The position numbers were made by a program, and so were the translations under genes. Source: Phoronis australis (Eukaryota > Animalia > Phoronida). From it: a stretch of DNA of 64,000 nucleotides. Below are positions 11,701 to 26,700 of the stretch, in pieces. Under the pieces are notes generated by a model that was not told the origin of the DNA, did no database searches, and saw only the letters and a program-made list of their open reading frames with translations. The stretch covers positions 124,001-188,000 of the forward strand of contig NMRA01000541.1 of assembly GCA_002633005.1 (NCBI GenBank), in the 5' to 3' direction. Numbering within the stretch: the stretch's first letter is position 1; every line of letters begins with the position of its first letter.

Positions 11701-14700
11701 CCGGTAGTCGGATTCGTCCAAAAGTTCGCTCATGCCGTCCCATTCATAAATGGAACATATGTGTAACATTTCATGAACATGCGTCAAGGCGTTTGGGAGA
11801 TAAAGCAGTGGACGTCAGACGGACGGACAGAGATGACGGCAAAATGCGTCCACATATAAATATGTGGGCGCATAAAAAGTAATAACAAACCCAATGTTAT
11901 GTGCTTGTGTCAAGCCTTTTGCAATACTTATATAACTCGTCTACATTTGACACCCATGAGTTTAAGATCAGCAACAAATTTGGCACTTAGTTTGCTGATC
12001 TAATGGGAATTGAATGCATGACACCTTGATTGCAGGGACTCATCTAGGATTTGAAAAGTGGGGTCCAAATTCGTGATACTGACAAATCGTGTGAAGTGCG
12101 ATTCTGAGATTCTGAGGGTGCAGCGCCGAACATGTATGGGGGGAGGGTGCTGTGGTATTCCCCCTCCCGGTGAGGGAAAAAATTTTTTGAAAAAAAGTCA
12201 TTTTCCTTGCATTTTAACACACTGTTTGCATGTTTTTTTTTCTTGTTCAAATGAAGGCAAAGAAGGAAACTAAACAAACATTGGTTTGTTCCGTTCAGGA
12301 TGTTTGCATTGTCACCAGCTAGACTGCAAAATTCAAGATCTGTAAATCTCTTTTGTAAGATAATCTGTGTAGAGTTGCATGTTAGACAGATGATTCACAG
12401 AATGACTTCAGAACTCAATGTATCTTGAAGCTCTCTAAAGAGAAGTGTATTATTTTAATGCAGTCGAGGAAAATAATTTAAATTTATGAGAAAACAATGA
12501 AGTTGCATTCGAAAGGACATGAAGAAATATATCCTCGAGCAGAGGTGTCTATGTTTCATTACACCACACAGTACTGCAATTCTTAAATCTACAGTGAACA
12601 AGAGAACACATATCTTCAACAAATTCACAACTCGGGCCCACCAGCACTCGACACTGGTGAAAATCTCCACTCGAGAATAGGAGTGATGGCATATTTGCAC
12701 TCGCGCTGGTGTACTCAGACTTGGCGTCGTATAAGATGACAACTAAAAAGTCAGAACTCCGTGTTTGAATTTGGTACACGTATTTTTACTTTTTCTAGTC
12801 GTTTTTGTGAGCGCTTTACACGCCTGATTAAAAACTGGACAATCGCCGCACAAATAAAAAAGTTCATGTTCAATCAACGTTTCATCTATTCATTAGACAT
12901 CATCAGGCTCATATTTAGTCCGTTTTTTAATCTTAATGTGGACAAAAACTGATTAAATATACTCGCTTGGTGTTTGGCTGCAGGCGTCGTCACTGGTCAC
13001 CCGGGACATTGTGGTTGTTAAATGGACGCTTTATTGAAATTGACACTTACCAGATCCAAAGTCAATCACTGTCTTTCATACTACACTACAACAAATTTAC
13101 TCTTAAAAAGAGCCATTCTTTTCTCGCAGTTTTAGGAGACAAATCCTGGCCTGGTTCACAGTGAAAGTAACTGTAAGCTTACAGATGCTGTGCAGGTGAC
13201 TGACTGGACTACTTTTTCCATATATGGCACAGAGTGACACACACAAAGCAAACTCGAATCACCCAATATCATGGAATTCTCCAAAAAGTATATCAATGCT
13301 TTTACATTCATGCTAAGTTATTCATTGAATAGGTAACCAGCATTAGAAGCATTTCATTTTTTCGCACGAAGTCTGCACTGCATTTTGGTGCATCGATATA
13401 CAATGTTTGGCCCGTAGGGATTATTCATAATTTTTTCATTCATTCGTTCAAGTAGCAACAGAACACAACAGTGCAAACGAATTAAGGAAGTTTGCGCTAA
13501 GTTTTAACTGGTTTGCATGTTGAAGGCATTTGTATGGCAGGATATCATTTTAGTCAACGTGTATGTTCTCCTATTTCACTGAAATTGGCTGTTCCATCAA
13601 ATATACTTTGAGAGAACTGCTTGAACTTCCGCGTTGGCAACAAGCATTAGGTGTACGGTAAATCTTTTGAATTTCAGGTCTGCATATTCAATTTCAAAGA
13701 TTAAGTTTCCATGTACGAGTAGTTAGCGCCGGATGCAATATTTCTCGACACTCGCCATGCAGGGGATTCCGTATGAGATCACCCTGACATCATAGAACAA
13801 GAAGGTATTCCCCTAAAAACATGGCTGCCAGTATTTGCTGATTGTCATTTTGATATTTATAGTAAAAATGGACGGCAATAGTCTCTAAGGTCGAGTTATT
13901 TCTGAATATTTATCAAACTAAAACTATGGATTGCGGATTTCAATAAAAAATATTAGCCATCAATATTAGATTTCTTTGTTTAGCCGTCGTTTCCCCAAGA
14001 TGTCTTGAAATAGGCCGTCTTTTTTCTGTCTTGGTCGTGCCGTCCAAGCCATCATTTTTTAAAATGGCCATTCCAATGACGGCCAGGATGGCCGCTAGAT
14101 GAGTCCTTGCTCCACAAACAATACAGTGTACTAATCACAGTTGGCTCAAAAACAAAAATTAAATGTGACGGGACGTTCGTAACTTTACGCTTATTGTTAT
14201 GCTTATTTAGTTGCAAATGTTCAGTTATTCTTATGCTAATGTCTTTGTTGCGTCTCAGTGCGCCTTTGTTACGTGGGCATGTGGGCGCGACTGTATGTGT
14301 CGGGCACTTCGCTAGCGACAGGCTTAGGAGAAGGGTGTTTCCTTCTTTTGCTTTCATGGAAAGTTGATCGTTATCATGTGCAAATTGAACTGAAACGAAT
14401 GCCTGATGAGAGAAAATACATATTTTGAGGTTCAGTGGAGACTTGCTCTGTTACATAAACTAGGGCTTTTACTGTCATAAAATCAGTCTCATATCCTCCA
14501 TTTTCATTACCAAAAAGAACATTAAAAGAATCAGAAACTAAATCCTAATATTCAAAATTAATTGGAAAATGGTGCACATAGCCATTGGTCTTGACTTGAG
14601 TTGAATATTACATACCTTACATAAAATGCAACAAACTTTAATTCTCGCAAACTTCCATGAATGACAACATCATCATGCGTAGTGCAGTAACCAGCGTATC

Positions 14701-17700
14701 TGATACTCTTTCCAAATACCATGCTCCAGAAGTAGGGTACAGTTCGCACTTCGCTTTGCTTATTGACCATGTTTAGAGCTGCGGTTCGCCCATGGGTGCC
14801 TGCCATTTGCCAGTGGCCGATACTGACACGATCATTTTCACAAAGAACCAAAGGAAACTCAGTGACGTCTCCAGCAGCATACACATTGTCCACATTTGTT
14901 TTCATGTGCTGGAAAAGAGACAAGATAATAACTACCGTATTCGCCCTAATAAGCGGCCAGGGTAATTCGTTTCAGGGGGGCACTTATTGTAACCAAAGGC
15001 GGTTAAAACCCGATCTCTGAAACGGGTGAAATCGGAAGCTAAGATTCATCATATTTACGCTCTGTGACGTATCTGTAACCTATGAAAGACTTTCTACAAA
15101 ATCTTGGCGCATTGCTATCAAACTTTGCTGCTAAATTACGATCATTTTACAGAAAACAGTGCTAAAATCCCAGGGCGAAAACTCGCCGACTAACTGCCTC
15201 GCAATTGTCGATATGGCGACTTGAATGCTTGAATAAAAATACAGTTTTGACTCAAGCAAATTATCTGAAATCCTCCTTAAGTTTTCCAAAAAGCATTACT
15301 AAGATTTCTAAGTTCCCGTGGAGTCGGGATTAACGGCAGGATTTAAAGTACAAATCTGTGCTACATCGTGCCATCTATGACCGACAACACCAGAAAAATC
15401 TCTGGACGAACACATGTTGTTGTCACGTGACGTTTGTTTTGAAGTTCATCTGCGTTTGTGAGTAAGCGAGCGCGTGCGTGTCACCAGAGCTCATTCGCCA
15501 GAGCAGAGACCATCTTTAGCCAGAGTAAACGCAATCAAACGAGCCAGATGTGCATTGTATCTAAAGAAATTAGCACAAGCAGTAGGCCTAAAGCAGAAGG
15601 TGTTTATAACAGCACTTGTCAGTCTCATGTGCTAAAAACGTTCGACATTTGTCTCGGTAAGGCCCATATTAGTCGCCGTGTGGCTGGATGCGCACGAGAC
15701 TATCTTCGGTGTAAGGGTGTGTAAGCATTCACTGTCAGTGGTCATTTTATCACATATTTGGCTTAAAAACACCAATTATGATTAATCAAACGATTTCTCT
15801 TAAAAATAACGCAAACATTTTTTATAGTGCTTATTAGAAACTGTCGGAAATTAGTGCCAATAATTATTTCTTGCCCATGCTATGCTACCCGCTTCATGAA
15901 TGGATAGTTCCCGACTAATGTCTTTGATGACAGATACATGTGTGTAGCGCGTGCTTCCTGGCCACGTGCTTTTACCACTAGTCAAGTTTTTTTATTCGTC
16001 TTTGATTCGCGATTTTCACGTGTACAAAGAAATTTGGATTCCAGTTGAAAGCAGGAAATATCTACAATACAATCCCGTTGACAAGTACACTATGCCTGTT
16101 CTGAAAGGCTAGACCATAATGAGACACATTCCTCGCAAGATCAGCAAAACTTTTGTGTTCGTTTTGAGGCACGCGGAAGTTTGAAGTGTATAGTCACGGC
16201 TAAACACCGACATAACGGCGAGGCTTGTGGTCTACAAATTTTATGCACAATGATTTTTTCAGGACTGTCGGATATAATTGATAAATTGAAGATGTTACTG
16301 TAGAATTTTAAGACTGTAGGTAAGGCATTTTTCGCATGTACTCGTTCATGGGATGGGCGCTTATTTTAGCAAAGTCTGAAAACGCATGGGGGGTGCTTAT
16401 AGGGGCATGGGCAGTTATTAGGGTGAATACCGTATGTACCTAAATTTGTTAAAGCAGCCATAAAACCACTTTCCATCACACAGCACCTTTCAGTTTAGAC
16501 CACCTAGCATTATGAAATTGGCCACAATTTTCCCATAATCAATTCCGAGATTACTTCAGGGTTCAAAAGAATTAAATTTCATTATTGCTTGAAATCAGGC
16601 TTTACAATTTGGCTTGTCACTACGTGTTGTGCTGCAAGCATGGTACCATAACAAACTGTTGAGTTCTCCTCAGAGTAATGAGCCAGTTGAGACAAATTTA
16701 ATGGCAGTACGTGATCCAAATCAAAAGATTCTTGGACAACAGGTTTATAGCCACGTTAGTGTCCACACAACTTATAAGTACAGACTCGACCAGTTCATGT
16801 GAATCTACTTGGTGCATTTTTTAATTTCAAGCTGGTGAGTTCCCGCGTATATGACTTCTCAAAGCATAATTTAAGGATGTGTAACATTAGGCCTATCACT
16901 TAAATGAAAAATAAAGTCCAATAATCTCACTTTATCAACAATAACATGCCCTCCAGATGTCGTTGCGATTCCAGAACCTAAGAGAAAGTCTGAGGAGGGA
17001 ACACAGCCTGAAATAGAAATAACAACCCCTATAAAAAGTTCACAACCACATGTCAGCACTGAAAAAGCGGTCATCAGGGGGATTGGCTATTCAAAGCCTT
17101 TTGGGGGTAATAAAAACAGCATCCTTTCAGTGAGGACCATAAACCCTTTGTTAAGCTTTGTTTGGTTACACAGTCCAACTGGGACAGATGTATGACTAAG
17201 AGCAGGCTTCACAAAGAACTGCTTTCATTGACCTTGCATGCCAATTGCAAAAGGCCTATTGTGTGTGAAAGACACCACTGACTTATAACCAACTGCAAAA
17301 TTCTAAGCCACTATATAGTGGAACAGAGAACAGGTATTCAGTGGAAGACTCGGTAATCCTACTTGAACAGTGGGAACTGTACACCAATTTACTGATTCAC
17401 AAGATATTAAATGAAAACAAGAAGGCGAAGGTTAAGTTCAGAAATTAGGCAAACGTTAAAAAATAAAAATGACCATAAGAAGACACATTACCTGCACCAA
17501 TCACACAAACATCGGCAGGTAACCTTGAATCGTTGTTCAATACGACTACTGTCAAACTGTTATCTTCTCCAACAAATTCTTCAGGCTGAGCATTGTCCAC
17601 AAATTGTACACCTTTGTCTACAAACATCTGTTTGAGCGCAGATCCCACTTCTTCCCCAAACTGTCTGAAGGGGGTACTAGACCGGCCAACCACAGTGACT

Positions 17701-20700
17701 GACTGACTCTTGTTGGAAAGATAGGCAGCCACCTCCATTCCTGTAACAAGACATCATTTGCTTAAAATCAAGTGAGGTATTGAAGTACCATTCGTCTGGT
17801 CATGGCAGCATATACCTTGCGGCTTGCAGATATTATTGAACAGCATAAGAAGAATTAATAGATAATCTGATAATCAAATAATCCATAGATGGCAGCTAGA
17901 CCAATGACGAACAAGAAGGACAACATTTTATTAAAGTTGCAACCACCATCATGATGGTTATACAGACGACACTTGCCAGCAACAGTTTCATCGAATTCAA
18001 ACAAAAAATGACCAAAATTTTCATTTTTTTTGTGTTTCAAACATGATTGTAAAGTCAAAAATGTTAAAATTTATTGCATGTTTGTTTGTAACAGCCATAC
18101 TAAATAAAGTTTTCAAATAATCAAGTAAAATTATCTTCTTCTTTACTCCTTTTTGAAAAATTTCATAAAATGAAATTTCATTATTCCGCCATAGTGTATT
18201 CTAACTTCAAGAAATTTTACCATAGCTAAGAACCTAACAGTTAGCTCCACGTCGATATCCATTTTGTGAATGTACAACAAGAGCAACGCAGAGCGTTGAA
18301 ATGCGCCCACAATTGCATCGTATACGGTATCCTTCTAGGGTTGTTTACTGGTACCATGAAGTGGCCAGTAGAGGGCATATATGTAGTATGTTGTACTTTG
18401 CAAAATGGAAAGGCATGGTCATTGTCTCCTCAATACGCTAGGGGCAAAATGTGAGTGATCTTCATAATACAAGCAAATCCTATACATCATTTGCTTAAAG
18501 CACCACAGAAACATAGAATTAAAAAACATATTTGCCAACATATGAGATTAGCACAGCATTAGAATGCTGGAAACAAATTTCTACTTGGAACTTTTCCTTC
18601 ATAGTCACGAAGTAACACAAAGTATACACCTGAAGACCTATGAAAATACAGAGGTCAATGTAAAATACTAAAATTGCCACTAGAGGCATACCGGTAGTCA
18701 GAATCATCCTAACGTCGTCATCGTCCGTTGTCAACATCACATAAATACACTTGCTAAATTTAGTAAAGATCCTGCAAACGGTTTGGGAGATACAGCCATG
18801 GGTGCAAAAAAACTGCCACTAGGAGGTGCCACAGTAAACAAAGTCATGGGAAATTCAGCGTCAACCGTCCTCTTCATAGTAAGAACATACATGCCAATTT
18901 TCACAATCATACTTAGAGCGGTTTGGTTGATAGAGGGGTGGACGTCAAAAAACAAGACTCAAAAACAGTAAAAATGGCCACTGGGTGTTGCAAACTAGGT
19001 CGAATCCATCCGAAAACGGGATAGCGTCATCGCACTAATAGGTGCCTACATACCAAATTTGATGAAAATCCGTTAAGGACTTGTGAAGATAGAGGTAAAC
19101 GTAAAAAACTAAAATTGCCACTAGGGGGCACACTGGTAAGCGGATCCGTCCAAAAGTCGTCATCGCCTGTTGTTAACATCATATAAATACACTCATTAAA
19201 TTTCGTAAAGATCCTGCGAACAGTTTAGGAGATACAGCCATAGGCGCAAAAAAAAAACTGCCACTAGGAGGCGCCACAGTAGTCCAAATCGTCTGAAAAT
19301 CATTGTCAGCTGTCCTCTTTATAGTAAGCACATACATGCCAATTTTCACAATCATCCTTTGAGCGGTTTGGTTGATAGAGGGGTGGACACAAAAATACAG
19401 ACTCGAAAACAGTAAAAATGGCCACTAGGTGGCGCAAACTGTCGAATCCATCTGAAAACGGGAGGATAGCATCATCTCACTAATAGGTGCCTACGGTAAA
19501 GTCGCGTGATTTTCGGACGGCCCGCCATTTTCAACCAAGAATAAATATTTCCGAAATGAGTTTTTCATAGTCCACAAAATTCGTACAAGGTCCAAAAACT
19601 GTTTTTCAAAGATCCTAGAATTTCGGACATTGTCATAAACATCGGAATTTTGTCCCGCGACTTTCAGACAAGGAAAATTTTAAAAACGGTAATTTGGGAT
19701 CGACGCAACTCCCGTGTCACTAAAGCGTTCAACAGATGATTACTACTGTATAAGGCTAGAGTCCGAGAATCGGTATAACCAGGTTTGTAATTTTTACCTT
19801 GTCTTGACGATGTCACGACCGTTACTCGACTGTCTTGCGTTTAGCTTGTGTTTGGCGCTTTAGCTATGAAAAGAATCACCGAGTTCCGCATAACGAAAAT
19901 TTCTGATGAAAATACAAATAGGAAATACACCGAAGGCTGCAACTTTTCGTTGTAGCGTAACATGTGCTCTGGTTTAAATAGGCCGTGCTGTTCGACTCCA
20001 GACTGTGACATTGAACATGCACGCCTGACATCAACTTGCGTCTGACATCAACTTGCGTGTTTACGAAACGTTTTAATTTTAAAACGTCCTGGCCTTTGCA
20101 AATGCCCAACTATCGCCAGACAATAAGTTTTGCTGCCACTTACCTGCATCCCGGCGAATGATTGAAATCTTCGTGCAGCCGTCCTGGGCTTGCTTAATTA
20201 TTTTGAATGGGACAGTTAGCAAGGAATGAGCCACCACTGACCAACATGCAGACGTGCTTCTGACAACGCAATTTTTGGGTTGAAACGAAAAAATTTTTCA
20301 TTAAAAATCTGTTTGCAGTTCAAACGTCTTTCGTTTTTCAGTGTCTTCTTGGTAGTGCTCATTCGTGTAATGTGTTAAGCAGTGTAAGGCCCAGCACTCA
20401 GAACGGCTCGCTGGCGCAGTGCCGCACACGCAGTTGCTTCAGGGACACAGCATCCCTGCCTTATGTTGTGTAAGTGCCTGTACTATAAAAACACATATCA
20501 AAAACTAATATACACCCACGTAACCACCCTTCACTACCCTTACAAATTCTCTATCTCTGATAAGCAATGCAGATGCAAGAATCTCGCTAAAGAAGCTAGT
20601 GTGATCGTGTGCTTCGCTTGCAATACTTGACCACACGTCTCGAAGTTTTCAGACTAGCGTGCTCCTGAGATTCTCACCCTTGCGGCCCTGGACGAAGATT

Positions 20701-23700
20701 AGGGTAGAGTTCAGTAGCTGTCTTGGGAATAGAAAAATCTAGCCAAAATCACGTTTTCAACTGAAAATACATCACGTAATTTCATGAATTCTTGCTTTTT
20801 AGTGAAGTCCTAGCGTTAGGAGCTTTACCCCTATGTAGACCTAAAAAAGATTGAATATGCGGCGACCTAATTTTGCTTGCTCATCCACTGGACTGTGTAC
20901 TTGTGGTCTTGTTAATTCGCGCCTTGTACCGTCTGAGGTAAAACACCCTGGACTCCATGGTGTCCCGAGATTAAAATGAATCCCGACAACTGAGGACACC
21001 GGGACATGGGCGGCGCACCATAGGGGACTGGGGGGCTATAACCTCCCACTTTTTTCAGTGCTACGCCACGCATGGTCAATAGACGATGCACCACAGGGGT
21101 CTGAGGGGGCTTTAGCCCCCCACTTTTTTCAGTGCTGCGCCGCCCAAGCGGTACCCTGTGGCACTCGATCTCTGTCTGCGGCGACCGTAAGAAAATCCTC
21201 CAATCATTTCGAAAAATGATGTCAGTTGAATCAGATTTGATAGTCATTGCTTCTTGCGGTCCTAGGGGTAGGCTAACAAGAATACAGGACCTGCAGTCCG
21301 ATGCAACGAGCCTGGGACCTTGGTGTTTCCGACCTGGAGTTCCATATCTACTTTCCACAGGGCCTGGGCCCGGTCTCCAATCTTTTTACTCGAAATGGAA
21401 CTCGAAATTAGGTTTGGCATTTTCTACTCTACTATTGGGTGAACTCAAGATAAGTGTCTATTATTCTATGCTCGAGTACACAATAACGTATGTAGATAAG
21501 TTATTGCCCTTAGTTCACAGTTTGTAAACCCAATATTAAAGCAATAAGTTTGAGTTTGAACTCGAAATTTCGAGTTTTTACTCGAGTTTGTAGCACGAAT
21601 ATAAGGGTCTTCAAGGGCAAACTTGAACTAGAAACTCCTTTGTATAAACTATAATGTATTCGAGCACAGTCTGATAACCAATTATCTTAAGTTCGCACAA
21701 AAGGAGCAGAGAAATTGCCAAAAATAGTTTCGAGTTCGTTTCGAGTACAAAGATTAGAGACTGGGCCCTGGTCTTCTTGTCCATGTCAACGCCTTCAGTT
21801 GATAGATTTGAGACAAAAAAGAAACGTGATCTTAAACTACAGACCATACTTTTTGTATTACTTAAGATAGTTTTAGAGGCATTTCAGCTGTAAGTGTGTT
21901 TAATTGTGTTTGATTCAAAAGAGATGACTGTTACATTGCTAATTATTATTGTTCTATTTTTACCCGAGGTGATGCCTTACTTGCAGCAAGGGTAAATAAT
22001 TTTGGGAAGTATTACCAGCGATTTCCGTATACAAGTTCGAGAAACCAAACGTCTATGTAAAAATACACCAGGGCCTATACTCGGCAATGTCGAATACACG
22101 AACACAGTATAAATACTGTATCTCACCCTAATTATATTCTAGTGGGAATAGCATTATTTTCAGATTTCAAGCATGCATTTTTATTCTCAGATATGCATCC
22201 AGGTATATTTTAGGGAAAAAAATTTAAGATATGCAAATTGGGCATATATTCTGCTGGACTTACATACGAAAATCTACGGTGGATCTTCTTAAACCTGTAA
22301 ACCATGAAAATTTCATTGAGACAGTTTGTTCTACTAACATGTTCAACTAACATTCCGTTCATGCAAGTCGGTCAGTACGTTCACGTTTAAGGCGTTATTG
22401 CAACAGGTTAGTGTTGTTTTGATTTTTGTTTGATGTTTCCATATTTTATTTTGTTATGTATTCCCCTCTTCAGATAGTCACTGTTATTCTTCAACAATAT
22501 TTCTGTACTTACAATGAGACTTCAGTAAACTCACAACTGATCATACTATAAATTTTAGCATTCATTGGAAGTGTGTGACGTCCATCAGCAGATAACTGTA
22601 GGAAGAACTATTTTCCGTAACTCTAGCAAATATATGACGCAATGAAATGAAAAAGGTCGACATAGATGGATTGTAATTGGTTAAGTATACATTAAGGAAG
22701 AAAATTAAGTATATAAATAGTTGACCGGTTCTTAACTTGCGTCCTTGATGAGTTCGCGCTGTCCCAATGTTTTCGTTTTTCTTTTCAGGTCGTCACTAGT
22801 CGATTCTTCTAACAGTCGTGATCTGCCCAGTAGCCTATTGTATCAACGTGCGCAAGAACGGTCTTGGCAGGGGGAGGGGTGCACCTAGCAGACTCTCGTA
22901 GAATTAGTGACTCAAAATCGACAGCCGCGCAGCACTGTACTAGTAGACGCATTCCCATAGTTTGCAGTAGGCCTAAACATATGTAGAATGACAGCGCTTC
23001 TTCAACAATTCAATGACTACCAGAACGACGAATGGGGATCACGAGTCGATGAGAACCTACTCATTTTACTATAGTGATTGTCTTTGTAATCTATTTACTT
23101 ATAGATAATTGTTCATTCGAAGTTTTCATGTTGAAATTGAGCTTTCAGGTAATATGGAAATAAACGTGTCAGAGTTAACTTGCGTTACGGTTTGTAACCA
23201 GCAGATAATGCATGGATACGTTGAACAAACATAAATATGTACTATGCTCTGGTCATTGTTCACCACTTTCTTCATTGAAATCATTCCCACATCCATTACT
23301 GTTACGTTTAATGCAAAATTCGTTAAAATTGAGAAAGCACATGTTTTGATGGTCGGAAACCGTCTTTGTGCGTCGAATGCGCAAGTCCAGCTTTTATTGG
23401 GAAACCATATTAAAACAGCTCCTATCAAGGCGCTCTTTGTGTGTTGACAACGCAAACTCGACATTTTTTATTCAGAAAACGCATTTTTACAAAAGAGAAT
23501 CAGTTGTCTGGAACGTTTCATGTGCGTCAACAACGCAAACCAGACCCACTCATTGGAAAGCCCATATTTGTCACCAGGAAGACTCCTTTTTGACATCGCA
23601 GCCCGCTATTTCATGTGAGATAGCGCATTTTTGATAAGATTCCGTCACTTGCCGAGAACAATTTTTTTCATATTGAGAAAGGGCATCTTTGAAAAGAAGA

Positions 23701-26700
23701 ACCAACACTTGTCGGGAAAGGTATTTATGCGTTGACAACGCACATTTCTTATTGGGAAACCAGATTTTCAAAAATTAATCGCGCAGACCGTTTGAGTCTT
23801 ATTGACCTGCAATTATGCTGCTATCCAATGACCGAGCCAGCAATTTTTGATACTACGACCGCTCATCGAAATAATGTACACCCACGAAATTGGGACTCTA
23901 GCCGAAACCCAAACTTGGAGGTCCGCCAAATTCGGACACCACAGAAATGATGTTTCGCGAGATTCGTCCAAGAATGAATTTTTTCTATTGGAATTAATTT
24001 TCAGAGTCCGAAAATCACGCGACTTTACCGTACATACCAAATTTCATGAAAATCCGTTCAGAACTTTTGAAGATACAAAGGTAAGCGTAAAAAACAAAAT
24101 TGCCACTAGGGGGCACACCAGTAGTCGGATCCGTCCGAAAGTTTGCACATGCCATCCGATTCATGAATGGAACATATGTGCCAAATTTCATGAACGTATG
24201 TCAAAGGGTTTTGGAGATAAAGCAGCGGACGCCGGACGTACGCCGCCCAGACGGAGATGACGGCATAATGCGTCCACATATAAATATGTGGGCGCATAAA
24301 AATGGCGGTCACCATTCAAATACATATTCAGCAAGCCTGTTTCAGGGACCACTAAACACTCCAATCTGCTCAAACAGCACACTGAGTGAAGACACTCAAA
24401 TGTACCTGTATGAAAATAACTGACCACCAGATATGGGCACTGACCATATCTGCTGTATTCGTCTTGGGAGAAATCTCTGCAATGGGAAAATGACCAGTTC
24501 TCATTGCTTTTGCCATAAAGTGAATAAAAATTAAATACGCAAAACTGTCATTATCTTAACATAAAGAGCCGAGTGTTTGAAGACACAACTGCCCAAAAGT
24601 ATCAGTATGTTGACTTACCGATGAATGAATTGCCAATAATGACAACACGTTTCCCAACGGCAGCTTCATGAATGTTGTTTCCATCCACTGGTGTTCTAAG
24701 ATAATAAATGCCATTTAAGTGGTCGCCACGGACAGAAAGTTTTCTTGGCCTGAAATAACATATATTGCAAGAGTTAAACTAACTACTTTTATTTTCAGCA
24801 AAACAGACTGACTGTAAATAAGCTAGCTAAAAAGATTGTTTATACCGACTCCCTAAGTAACACTGATACCTTAATTAACAAGAGACCAGGAACAAAATCC
24901 TTCATCTCTATAACAACAACTATGTGAAGAATGATTGGAAAATTGCTGTTGATCGAAGAAAATTGTGGAACAGCCTGCCTGAAGCTGTGAAACAGTTCAT
25001 TGACTAAATGTCCTAGTGTGGATATCTGCCCAGAAAGAGATGAAGGCAATATGCATCCACAAATGCATATGTGGTTACACAAAAGCTATCACAGACAGTA
25101 ATTACTTATAAGTTGTTTGCAAGAACACTCAGTGCATTATTTAGCTTTCACTCCTTCCATACTGATTCTTAGGAACAGCCTTATCATGCTACTAATTTAT
25201 GAACAGCCTTACCATGCTACTAATTTATGAACAGCCTTACCATGCCACTAATTTATGAACAGCCTTACCATGCTATTAATTTATGAACAGCCATACCATG
25301 CTATTAATTTATGAACAACCTTACCATGCTATTGAATTATGAACAGCCTTACCATGCTATCAACCCATTATTGGCCTTTTTAGATAGGTGGAGGTGTCAC
25401 ATTACAATGGATTTATAGGATTCAAAGTCCATCATTCACAGCACAATGAAACCAACCAATGTTAACAACATTTTTAGCCAATAGGTGGCCTGATTGACCC
25501 CACTAATCTCAAATCATGAGCCAAGTGCTCACACCAAGTTGTCATTGCCTGGGTACACACCTGCTCCCAGAAGCAAGCAACAACTTGTCATAGACCAGTG
25601 AACTGTCATCCTGGAACTTGACAGTTCCATTAGAGGTGTCTACTTCTACTGCCTTAAACAACAAATAAAACACACATTCAACATTGTGGTATAAAGTGAC
25701 CTAATAATAGCAAGGCCAAAGATTTATTTCTCAACCAGGGCTCAAACCTCGTGTTACAATTAAACAAAAAAAATCTTCAGTCAAATATAAGACTCATAAA
25801 GAAATTCTCTAAAATTTACAACAACACAACTTCACTCACTTTTAGCAAACTTTTTTCACAAAGCTTTCAAAAATATTCATCTGAGCCTGGCATGACCACC
25901 AAACTTTGAGACTTGACTTAAAGACTGAATATATAGTCAGGAGTTTCACTCGGATTGAATTTTCAAATCTCAAGCCATATGATTGGTCTGTGATGACCAT
26001 GCCCTGTGGGATTAGTCTCGGCATTTCGAGAATCAGGAACTTGGGTTACACCCATGTCATTATCAGTATGACAGCAAACCAATGTTTACTGTCCAGCTCT
26101 CTCATTGTCTGCATTCACCAGGTAAGCTCACACCCTGCAGTAATTATCTTGTAAACAGGGTGCCTGATGATAACCGATGTTTAACACATATTATTTGCAA
26201 ATGACTTTTTTGAAAACTATCACCAAAAAGCATCATACGGAGAAAAACAGTTGACTTTCAGAGAAATTAGACTTAACTTTCATCTGCTGATTCATAAATG
26301 TGTGGCTGTAAGCATTGTGTAGCAACACTGAACAGTAGTCTTGTTGGCCAAGTTTAATCAGTGTGATTCTAGATCAGATCATATTGAAAATTTCTTGGTT
26401 TTAACAGTCCAAAGAAATGGCAGGTAAAGCAAGTTTCAAGTTGAATCTCAAATTAAGTTTTGTGATCATGAGCCCTGGTCACTCTTGAGAGTGTAACTTT
26501 GCTTGAAGGAACAATCCTGAACAATATAAATAAAACTGATACAAAAACAACAAAATTTTTATCACTGTTGAAAGAAACTGAACAAACTTGTTGAATTAAG
26601 CTCTAGCAGGTCATGTACCACTGTAAGTTCACCTTTTTCTCTGTCAAAACTTCAATATCATACACAGAATAAAAATCTGTATCTCTCAAAGCCAGTTCAT

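Larger units (their letters stand above)
18276..24302 (-). mobile_element. HINE family A, copy 3, split by a 4.5-kb nested insertion
   Basis: Both termini are present; the core sequence ggtgccta|catacc is interrupted at 19494-24030. Confidence 0.8.

Noticed and set aside
20912-21527. 148-aa and 131-aa ORFs
   Set aside because: They run across GC-rich MITE fragments, with no recognisable domain or splice context
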